Positions 56,754 to 64,000 of a DNA stretch of 64,000 nt are shown here, piece after piece. The position numbers and the translations under genes are program-made. The stretch spans positions 287,956 to 351,955 of the forward strand of contig CATOTF010000001.1 of NCBI GenBank assembly GCA_951813045.1. Direction: 5' to 3'. The notes beneath the pieces are model-generated. The model was given only the letters and a program-made list of their open reading frames with translations. It was not told the origin of the DNA and did no database searches. The DNA is from an uncultured Rhizobiaceae bacterium. Its GTDB lineage: Bacteria > Pseudomonadota > Alphaproteobacteria > Rhizobiales > Rhizobiaceae. Numbering within the stretch: position 1 is the stretch's first letter; every line of letters starts with the position of its first letter.

Positions 56754-57455
56754 TCAAACAGCATTGACGGTCATTATTGCATCAGAACCCAGTTTGGAAA
56801 GCTGAATAACCGCTTGAGTACGGCTATCGACATTCATTTTTTGAAGCACCGCAGATACATGCGCCTTAACTGTGGCTTCTGAAACTGCAAGTTCATATGC
56901 TATTTGTTTGTTCAATAACCCCTGCGAAATCATTGACAGTACGCGAGTTTGTTGAGGCGTCAGGGTTGAAAGCCCCCTTACGATTCCTGCTATTTCCGGG
57001 TCGCTCTCGGTCGCTAGGTCAATTTCATCCGGTTTCCAAACATCACCTTGCAAGACTTTCGAGATGGCCTCGCGGATGGTTTCAATTCCAGCAGATTTGG
57101 AAACAAATCCTGATGCGCCCAAGTCCAATGCTCTGCGTATCGTTGTGGGATCATCATTCGCGGATACGATGACAACCGGAATTGCTGCGTATTCAGCCCT
57201 AATTGCCAGAAGCCCAGAAAATCCACTAACGCCCGGCATGGATAAATCAAGCAGAACGAGGTCGATATCATCATTCTCGCTCAACTGCTTCTGAAGTTGA
57301 TCAAATCCACCAGCCTCCAGAATTGAAACCGGCCCGATACCAGCCATGCCGGCATCTAACCCACCGCTCAGGGCCTGGCGCATGGCCCCTCGAAAGAGAG
57401 GATGGTCATCAACGATTACCAGCGTTACAACAGAATTGGCTACATGGCCTGACAT
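56754..57455 (-). CDS. NarL/FixJ-type response regulator (REC plus LuxR HTH; CrbR/ErdR-like by context)
   Basis: 233-aa ORF with VIVDDHPLFR, DLVLLDLSMPG and the HTH LTPQQTRVLSMISQGLLNKQIAYELAVSEATVKAHV. It is convergent with the kinase gene. Confidence 0.9.
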   Translation of the reverse strand: MSGHVANSVVTLVIVDDHPLFRGAMRQALSGGLDAGMAGIGPVSILEAGGFDQLQKQLSENDDIDLVLLDLSMPGVSGFSGLLAIRAEYAAIPVVIVSANDDPTTIRRALDLGASGFVSKSAGIETIREAISKVLQGDVWKPDEIDLATESDPEIAGIVRGLSTLTPQQTRVLSMISQGLLNKQIAYELAVSEATVKAHVSAVLQKMNVDSRTQAVIQLSKLGSDAIMTVNAV

Positions 57456-57603
57456 GATCCACCGATGATGAACAGAATTTCGTGAACACCTATCGTAGGA
57501 ATAATGACGATGTCTGTCTATTCACCATTGGACTCAAGTGTCTTGCTCTTTCTTCAAAAGCGCGGCACACCGGAATCAACTGTTCAATGAAACGGACAAA
57601 CCT

Positions 57604-57888
57604 ATGCGTTTTGGCGTTAGAAATTTGGTGACGTGGTGGCAAAAAACACGGCTCGCTGCTGTTGTTTTATGCGGCGTGGGCATCACTATGGCGCTCGTCA
57701 TTTCAATATTGATAACCACATTGAATGGTACAACAGGCATAAATTTGGTCTCAAGACTTGCATTTTCCATGTTCCCTCTTCTCGCTGTTGTTCTGATTGC
57801 TGTTCTTGCCCGGATTCAGCAGCGGTTCAATTTGCGTACCACTGGGCTCTATACTTCTTTGGGAAAATCAACGGATGATGCAGCGTAA
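57604..57888 (+). CDS. Small 2-TM membrane protein (possibly DUF4212-like symporter accessory subunit)
   Basis: Likely start at ATG 57604 (MRFGVRNLVTWWQKTRLAAVVL...). Its stop overlaps the start of the downstream transporter-like gene (TAATG). The family call is tentative. Confidence 0.45.
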   Translation: MRFGVRNLVTWWQKTRLAAVVLCGVGITMALVISILITTLNGTTGINLVSRLAFSMFPLLAVVLIAVLARIQQRFNLRTTGLYTSLGKSTDDAA

Positions 57889-59483
57889 TGAGCCTGGTGG
57901 ATAATCTCCCAACCAGCAGGCGGTCGCTGGATGTAAATAGTATATCTGGAATACTTTGGATATTCGGGTTGGGATTTGCTGGCGTGATAACACTCCTGCT
58001 GCTGCTCCAACGGCTGGGTTTGCCAATGGTGTATGTTGTCGGCATCACTTCAATTACAACAGTGATCAGTGGTGTTATTCTCAGCTGGTTGGGACGCACG
58101 ATGACCAGCTCGTTATTCTTTTTTGCTAACAAATCCGCAGGAGCCTCACACCTTGGTATTGGCGGTGCCACCGACTGGATTGGTGGTACGTTTCTAATTA
58201 TCTTTTTCTCAATACCGCTGGTCAGCAAGATGATTTTGTCGACTTCGCTGATTCTGGGCCTAATTTTGTTTGCCGCCCTTTTTGCAAACGCCTTTTGGCG
58301 ATCGGGAGTCTTAACTCTCCCCGGCTTCATTGCCTGGAGAAGCAGATCGCAACTTGCGGGTCATCTGTCCCTGATCGTCGTGATTGGTATCCTTGGGTGT
58401 TTCATTCTTTCCGAATTTCAAATTGCCCGTGATAGTTTGGTGATTCTGGGTGGAGTTGAATTCCAGACAGGAACCTGGCTCGTTCTCGCTCTGGCACTTT
58501 TGCCAAGCCTGAGCGGGGGGTGGTTCGCGCTCATGATCGCCAACGCCGTGTTGGCAATCTGGATGCTGATATGTGTGCTGCTTCCAGCTGTCGTCACTGG
58601 GTTTGTTCCACAGGTATTGGCAGGCAATTTGTTGCTGGATCAGAATATTGGGACCTTACCCGCATTAACATTAGAGAGCGTTCAGGCTGGCAATCCACTG
58701 CTTCTTGAATCAAATCAGCTTGCGGGCAGTGCGCCGGGCCTATTTGCCACGATCTTTGTTTTAGCAGCTGGTTTTTCAGTAGTGCCGCAAGCTCTTTCCC
58801 GTGTGGCACTTAACATAAGAGCTGTTGATGCACTTGAAAGTGTCGCCTGGAGCGCATTGTGCCTGTTTCTCATAATCAGCGCCCTACCCCTGTCCATTGG
58901 ATTAATTAGCATAACACCTTCGTCTTCGTCGCTTTCGGTTCTTTTGGAAAGCCAACCCGTTTTGCACACTCTTCCCTATTTTGCGCTGCTCTTTTCTTCC
59001 ATGAACGCACTAGCGGTGGTATTATTTTCCATTTCCAACACGATTGTTCGCGGCATCCGACGGTCGCGCAAACTAGATCCTGGGGAGCAATCGATTTTTT
59101 CCACCCGGTTGATCAGCATTATCATTGGCGTTTCAATCATCAATATCCCAAGTGAAATTATCCCGCCCCCCGATCAACTTATGATCTGGGCGCTGGTTGT
59201 TGGCGCAGGTTGCCTATTTATTCCAATGGCGGCGGGGGCATGGATTTCTAACCTCCCCAGATATTGCCTCGCGATAACCGTACTTTGTGGTGCAGCAGCG
59301 ACAATAACACTCTTGATAGAAAGGATAGAAGGTGTTCCACACAACCCGATAATCGCAAGTGGTGCCGGTATTGTCTGCGGGACAATTATCGTTCTTATAT
59401 CGCGGCTGTATTCGGCCCTTCGCACGGGTAGGCCTCGCGACCCGTTACAATATCAATTGCGTGACCCTGAACTAAATAATTGA
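57888..59483 (+). CDS. Polytopic membrane protein, divergent sodium:solute-symporter-like
   Basis: 531-aa ORF with at least 12 hydrophobic segments. FFFANKSAGASHLGIGGATDWIGGTFLI loosely resembles the SSS motif around ...AGR...G.A.AADWMSAASF. Similarity was judged by eye only. Confidence 0.45.
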   Translation: MSLVDNLPTSRRSLDVNSISGILWIFGLGFAGVITLLLLLQRLGLPMVYVVGITSITTVISGVILSWLGRTMTSSLFFFANKSAGASHLGIGGATDWIGGTFLIIFFSIPLVSKMILSTSLILGLILFAALFANAFWRSGVLTLPGFIAWRSRSQLAGHLSLIVVIGILGCFILSEFQIARDSLVILGGVEFQTGTWLVLALALLPSLSGGWFALMIANAVLAIWMLICVLLPAVVTGFVPQVLAGNLLLDQNIGTLPALTLESVQAGNPLLLESNQLAGSAPGLFATIFVLAAGFSVVPQALSRVALNIRAVDALESVAWSALCLFLIISALPLSIGLISITPSSSSLSVLLESQPVLHTLPYFALLFSSMNALAVVLFSISNTIVRGIRRSRKLDPGEQSIFSTRLISIIIGVSIINIPSEIIPPPDQLMIWALVVGAGCLFIPMAAGAWISNLPRYCLAITVLCGAAATITLLIERIEGVPHNPIIASGAGIVCGTIIVLISRLYSALRTGRPRDPLQYQLRDPELNN

Positions 59484-59501
59484 GCGGAGATTGATGCATA
59501 T

Positions 59502-60470
59502 ATGTTGACGATTGATCCAAAATTTTTCCTTGAATCTTCGATAGATCCGGAGGTGCGCGAATTTAATGCGCAGACAGTAGACCTGCTTAAGGCCAGGCCC
59601 GATATGTGGTCAATGCCGGCTCAACTTGTGCGTCAGGCTCGCGTTGAAGGCAAGGGTCCTTTTCCACTGGAACCGGAAGAGCAAACTGCTCGGGAATTAG
59701 AAATAGATCTCGGAAGCGATGCATTATTGCCCGTTCGCATCTTTCAACCGAAATCCGGCAACTCTCATGGGAGTTATCTACATTTACACGGCGGGGGGTG
59801 GGTCATAGGCAGCGCGTCCGCACAGGATACAAGACTTCAGGAAATTGCTGACCGGTGTCAATTAACCTGCATTTCAGTTGAATACCGGCTTGCGCCAGAA
59901 CATCCTTACCCGGCCGGTCCGGATGATTGTGAAGCAGCCGCACTGTGGCTGGCAAATGGTGATCATAATTTTGACCGACGTTTTCTTGCAATCGGAGGAG
60001 AGAGCGCCGGCGCGCATCTTTGTGCTGTCACGCTAATCCGATTGCGAGATCGCCATGGGCTGATGCCCTTTCAAGCCGCCAATCTGACAGCTGGTGTTTA
60101 CGATCTTGGTCAAACCGCAAGCTCCGCCAATTGGGGCGATAAAAAACTTATACTCAACTCAAGAGACATGCAGAAATTCGTACAGCGTTTCGTACAGGGT
60201 GCAAAACCGCTCACCGATCCTGATATTTCACCGCTCTACGCTGATTTGTCCGATCTGCCTCCAGCCCTTTTTTCTATTGGTACGAAAGACCTGTTGTTGG
60301 ACGACAGTTTGCTAATGGCCACCCGGTGGCACGCAGCGAATGGAAATGCTCAATTGGATGTTACACCAGGTGGATGTCATGTATTCCAAACATTTCGCCA
60401 CCTAAAAATTGCCACGCGCAGTAATGAACTCATTGACAGTTTTTTGAACAGTGCCCGGGAAACCACATGA
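59502..60470 (+). CDS. Alpha/beta hydrolase, hormone-sensitive-lipase-type esterase
   Basis: 322-aa ORF with the oxyanion motif HLHGGGW and the nucleophile elbow GGESAGAHL. Confidence 0.85.
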   Translation: MLTIDPKFFLESSIDPEVREFNAQTVDLLKARPDMWSMPAQLVRQARVEGKGPFPLEPEEQTARELEIDLGSDALLPVRIFQPKSGNSHGSYLHLHGGGWVIGSASAQDTRLQEIADRCQLTCISVEYRLAPEHPYPAGPDDCEAAALWLANGDHNFDRRFLAIGGESAGAHLCAVTLIRLRDRHGLMPFQAANLTAGVYDLGQTASSANWGDKKLILNSRDMQKFVQRFVQGAKPLTDPDISPLYADLSDLPPALFSIGTKDLLLDDSLLMATRWHAANGNAQLDVTPGGCHVFQTFRHLKIATRSNELIDSFLNSARETT

Positions 60471-61285
60471 CGGCCTTTGGAATTGAAACACATCGAAGCT
60501 TCGTCAACACGTGGGAATGCGACTTAAATAATCATCTTAATGTTCAATTTTATTGGAAGAGATTTGGTGACGCTTTACAGATCTATTCCCAGGCCAGCGG
60601 ACAAGAGCAACTCCGATGGACAGATCGACATGTGCGGTATCATGGGGAACTGTCAAATGCCAGCGACCCAATTATCCACTCCGCTCAAGTCGACGACCCC
60701 GGTACCATTGCGCACGTCATGACAAACAGCGTTACCGGTGAATTGTCCGCAACCGCCGTTGATCGCTGTGCCAGCGGATCCGTTATCAACACTGACCTCG
60801 TCTTTGATTTTCCCGAAGGTGCCCACCCTAGAAGCCTTCCTGCGGATACACTCTTACCAATAGATACAGAACAGGTTATCAAAAACGGTACAGGATTGAT
60901 TTCCCATTTGTCAGTCGTGATGCCCAACGAATGTGACTTATCCGGAAGTTTGTCGGATCAGCATCATATCGCACGGTTTAGTGACGCCGCTTCACACTTC
61001 TGGCATCATATGGGGGTTTCTACCGCCTGGATGGGAGAGAATGGATGCGGCAGTGTTGCTGTTGAAATGAAAGCGACGCGGCATAATCCGGTGCCTGCAG
61101 GCACAATTGTTCAGGTGGTCACGTGGTTAGACCAAATATCCAGCAAGGTACTCACGTTTAGACATCAGGTGAGTGATCTAACAACTGGACAACCGCTTTA
61201 TAGCGGTGCCGTTGCCGCACTTTTGATGGACTTAACAACACGTCGGGCGGTGAAACTGCCGGAAGTAATCTCCGATAGGGTCTGA
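60467..61285 (+). CDS. Double hotdog-fold thioesterase-like protein
   Basis: 272-aa ORF with two repeats resembling 4HBT-type thioesterases (VNTWECDLNNHLNVQFYWKRF; VVMPNECDLSGSLSDQHHIARF). It has an ATGA overlap with the esterase gene. Confidence 0.6.
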   Translation: MTAFGIETHRSFVNTWECDLNNHLNVQFYWKRFGDALQIYSQASGQEQLRWTDRHVRYHGELSNASDPIIHSAQVDDPGTIAHVMTNSVTGELSATAVDRCASGSVINTDLVFDFPEGAHPRSLPADTLLPIDTEQVIKNGTGLISHLSVVMPNECDLSGSLSDQHHIARFSDAASHFWHHMGVSTAWMGENGCGSVAVEMKATRHNPVPAGTIVQVVTWLDQISSKVLTFRHQVSDLTTGQPLYSGAVAALLMDLTTRRAVKLPEVISDRV

Positions 61286-61410
61286 GGTTCAATGTGTTAA
61301 ATGACCAAAGCAATAAACCAAAAAGTCACACGTTTCGTTGGAGCTACGTAGCGCTTTACCCGTTTGGTAATGCGCGTTGATTTGTTATTTCTAGCAATAG
61401 GAATGCGGCG

Positions 61411-61854
61411 CTAGCTTCCGATATTTTTTGCCACCTCGATAAAGCGCCGCAGGACATTTTCAGTAACCTTCTTCGCCCGTCCCAGACGACTGTCTTGGGG
61501 AGAGTCTGAACTGTCTTTGTTGGGTAGCGTTTTATTCTCTGCCGGTTTGCTTTCCTGTTTATCCAGAGTACTCGCTTGTTCGAGCAGAGTAATTCGATTT
61601 TCCAATTCATCGACCCGGTTGGACAATTGAGCATTTTCGCTCAACAAAGCCGCCCGGTCGTCAGCCGCCATTGTACACACCATCCCGGAACCTATTTTAC
61701 GACAATAGGACACTGACCCCGTCTGGCGGTCCAAGCGGATGGAATTACCTTTATTATCTTTCACGAGTGAAAACTTTTCACCAGCAAGGGTGATCGTTGT
61801 CATCATCAACAAAGATAAGATCAATGTGCCCGTAAAGGGCAATACTCGGTACAT
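61411..61854 (-). CDS. Hypothetical secreted protein with a coiled-coil segment
   Basis: 147-aa ORF with a signal-peptide-like N-terminus (LPFTGTLILSLLMMTTITLA) and a heptad-like stretch (LLSENAQLSNRVDELENRITLLEQ). I recognise no family. Confidence 0.4.
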   Translation of the reverse strand: MYRVLPFTGTLILSLLMMTTITLAGEKFSLVKDNKGNSIRLDRQTGSVSYCRKIGSGMVCTMAADDRAALLSENAQLSNRVDELENRITLLEQASTLDKQESKPAENKTLPNKDSSDSPQDSRLGRAKKVTENVLRRFIEVAKNIGS

Positions 61855-61974
61855 TTTCCACGACCCACGAGAATAACGTTACAAACAAGGCGCATCCCAG
61901 TTTAAATTCTTGCATTTATTGTTCGACGCGGCAAGAAGCTTGGAAAGCCTGGTGTAATTAGAGAATTGAACACT

Positions 61975-62328
61975 GTGACCAACGAGACCACCATTTACAA
62001 GATTACACCGCGAGCAGCATGGAAGGAAGCGGAGGACCAAGAAGTTTTCAAGGGCGCAGCGATAGATCTGGAAGATGGGTACATCCATTTTTCCACCGCG
62101 CAACAGGCTTCAGAAACCGCAGCAAAGCATTTCAAGAATGAAGAAGATTTGCTGCTCGTTGCGGTTGATACATCGCAACTTGGTGACGCCCTTAAATGGG
62201 AGGTTTCCCGAAACAATGCCCTCTTCCCACATCTATATTCGAGCCTGGATCTGAAACATGTTCTATGGGCTCGACCAATACCCATGGGTAATGACGGTGT
62301 TCATATCCTGCCATTGGAAGCTGAATGA
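61975..62328 (+). CDS. DUF952-family protein
   Basis: IYKITPRAAW...GYIHFSTAQQ...LLLVAVD...KWEVSRNNALFPHLY matches DUF952. The start is either GTG 61975 or TTG 61966. Confidence 0.7.
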   Translation: MTNETTIYKITPRAAWKEAEDQEVFKGAAIDLEDGYIHFSTAQQASETAAKHFKNEEDLLLVAVDTSQLGDALKWEVSRNNALFPHLYSSLDLKHVLWARPIPMGNDGVHILPLEAE

Positions 62329-63413
62329 GAAGCCTGTATTCAACATTGGGCCGGTCATTCCTTTTTCAGATCGACGCAGAAAAAGCGCATAAGCTTTCCA
62401 TATCCGCATTGAGCAAGGGTCTGCATCCAAATCGCCGGAATGATTTGGACACGCGGTTAGCGGTGAATGTTTCAGGGCTGCAATTTCCAAATCCCCTTGG
62501 CATGGCTGCCGGATATGACAAAAACGGCGACGTGCCCGATGCATTGTTACGCATGGGCTTTGGACACACTGAAGTTGGAACCATCACACCAAAACCGCAA
62601 CCTGGAAATTCAAAGCCCCGAATTTTCAGACTGCGGGAAGATGAAGGTGTCATCAACCGACTTGGCTTTAACAGCGACGGCCATGCCCTCGCGCAGGACA
62701 AACTCTCTCAATGCGAAGGTCGACCTGGAATCGTTGGGATCAACATTGGTGCTAATAAAACAAGCGAAAATTTTGTGGCCGACTACGTGAAAGGAATTCA
62801 TGCGTTTTCATCCCACGCCAGCTATTTCACAATCAACATATCTTCGCCCAACACACCGGGGCTTCGCGCATTACAGGAGGCCGACCCACTCGCTGAGTTG
62901 ATAAAACGGGTGTGTGATGCACGTTCACTTGAATCGGAAAAACAATCTAAAAAACTCCCTCTTTTTTTAAAAATTGCCCCGGATCTTAGTGAAAATGAAC
63001 TTGATGACATTGCCGATGCAGTTGAGCGATCTGAACTGGACGCATTAATTGTGTCCAACACAACGTTGTCTCGCGAGGGACTTCAATCTTCCAATGCAAA
63101 TGAGGCCGGAGGGCTTTCAGGTAAACCATTGTTCAAGAAGTCCACAATCGCACTCGCCAAGATGTTCCAACGCATAGGGAAAAACACCCCGCTGGTGGGC
63201 GTGGGCGGCATCACCGATGTGGATTCTGCATTTAACAAAATTGAAGCGGGTGCAACACTTATTCAGCTTTATTCAGGCATGGTTTTCGCCGGGCCTCGCT
63301 TACCAGGTGATATTGTTGATGGACTCTCCCGCAAGCTGGACAAGGAAAATATTAAACACGTCTCTGATGTTGTCGGACGTGCCGCGCAAGATTGGGCAGA
63401 CCGCAGTATATGA
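62325..63413 (+). CDS. pyrD: Dihydroorotate dehydrogenase (quinone), class 2
   Basis: 362-aa ORF with FPNPLGMAAGYDKNG, GFGHTEVGTITPKPQPGN, NISSPNTPGLRALQ, SNTT and LVGVGGI. Confidence 0.95.
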   Translation: MRSLYSTLGRSFLFQIDAEKAHKLSISALSKGLHPNRRNDLDTRLAVNVSGLQFPNPLGMAAGYDKNGDVPDALLRMGFGHTEVGTITPKPQPGNSKPRIFRLREDEGVINRLGFNSDGHALAQDKLSQCEGRPGIVGINIGANKTSENFVADYVKGIHAFSSHASYFTINISSPNTPGLRALQEADPLAELIKRVCDARSLESEKQSKKLPLFLKIAPDLSENELDDIADAVERSELDALIVSNTTLSREGLQSSNANEAGGLSGKPLFKKSTIALAKMFQRIGKNTPLVGVGGITDVDSAFNKIEAGATLIQLYSGMVFAGPRLPGDIVDGLSRKLDKENIKHVSDVVGRAAQDWADRSI

Positions 63414-63495
63414 CTTCAATTCCGAAAAATGCTACATGGCCAATTGGAAAGTTTGACGAGAGATGGGTTGAATCAGCTGTCCGTGCTGACATGCC

Positions 63496-64000
63496 TCAAC
63501 TAAATGTCGCGTTCGCTTTGTTGTTCAGCCGGTAATATAGGGTAATCCCCCGCGCGCCCAGAAAAACTTCAAGCGCTAACCACAAACCGTGGTTCCCCCA
63601 AACGGGTGTCGCAACCCACCAGGTGAGGAGAAATGCGGCAAGCGATACCAGCATCATATTCCGCATATCAACTGACCAGGTGGCTCCAATGTAGACGCCG
63701 TCCATCTGGAAAGCCACAACCCCGACCAAGGCGGTAATTGCAGCCCATACAAGATAGGTTCTTGCGGTCGTTCGAACTTCCTCATTTGTAGTCAGAAGAT
63801 CAATGAGGATGGGTCCCGCAGCGAAAAATATGATCGTTGCAAACCCGGCCAGTATGAAGCCCCAGATCAAAGTCAACCGAACCGCAGCGTCAAATGCAGG
63901 CCGATAACGAGCTCCAACTGCTTTACCAGCTAATTGTTCTGCTGCGGTTGCGAAACCGTCCAGAAAATAACCGGATATCAAAAAGAAATGCATCAAAACT
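63496..64000 (-). CDS. MATE-family efflux transporter, C-terminal part (5' end outside window)
   Basis: The hydrophobic C-terminal TMs have MATE-like FLDGFATAAEQLAGKAVGA. The frame stays open to the window edge. Confidence 0.7.
   Translation of the reverse strand, partial: VLMHFFLISGYFLDGFATAAEQLAGKAVGARYRPAFDAAVRLTLIWGFILAGFATIIFFAAGPILIDLLTTNEEVRTTARTYLVWAAITALVGVVAFQMDGVYIGATWSVDMRNMMLVSLAAFLLTWWVATPVWGNHGLWLALEVFLGARGITLYYRLNNKANATFS

Noticed and set aside
1-64000. A search for CRISPR arrays, tRNA/rRNA genes, integrase genes and long direct repeats marking island borders.
   Set aside because: Reading by eye, I saw no regularly spaced direct repeats, cloverleaf-like sequences, rRNA-like conserved blocks or tyrosine/serine recombinase motifs. 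Absence cannot be guaranteed without tRNAscan, Infernal or repeat-finding software.

Overview
This 64-kb window looks like a proteobacterial, probably alphaproteobacterial, chromosome segment. That guess rests on gene families and a spot-counted GC of about 50-55%. All calls are based on reading the ORF track and the DNA by eye and on remembered family motifs; no database search was run.

Content from left to right:
- (1) 1-8.7 kb: a tightly coupled minus-strand operon. It encodes hydantoinase/oxoprolinase A and B, two luciferase-like (LLM) oxidoreductases, an acyl-CoA synthetase, a PaaI thioesterase and an NpdG-like reductase. A MarR gene is divergent from it.
- (2) 9-20.4 kb: a complete ebo (eboA-F) cluster that is split and permuted. 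The insert carries TVP38, GntR, a PQQ-dependent sugar dehydrogenase, a dihaem cytochrome c and a small membrane protein.
- (3) 20.9-36.2 kb: two family-5 (peptide/glutathione-type) ABC importers. The first has an SDR, a NodB-type deacetylase and a cytoplasmic gamma-glutamyltransferase embedded in it. The second has a GsiA-like fused ATPase whose start codon is out of frame, followed by a GST.
- (4) 36.2-52.4 kb: an island scarred by mobile elements. It holds an IS3 remnant, a decayed conjugative relaxase, an AT-richer LuxR-HTH/alpha-beta-hydrolase fusion with the nucleophile Ser replaced by Ala, and a roughly 1590-aa autotransporter split at a G7 tract. It also holds an HlyC-family pseudogene, a transposase remnant, an intact IS3-family element, a PrpD-family gene truncated by an IS21-family element, and that IS21 element (istA/istB).
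- (5) 52.4-64 kb: mscL, a CrbS/CrbR-like SLC5-domain hybrid kinase with a LuxR-type response regulator, a divergent small-membrane-protein/symporter-like pair, an esterase, a double-hotdog thioesterase, DUF952, pyrD and a partial MATE gene.

I recognised no rRNA, tRNA or CRISPR array. The most interesting signals are the augmented ebo cluster, the LuxR/pseudo-hydrolase regulator next to the poly-G-interrupted autotransporter, and the enzyme-loaded ABC operons.
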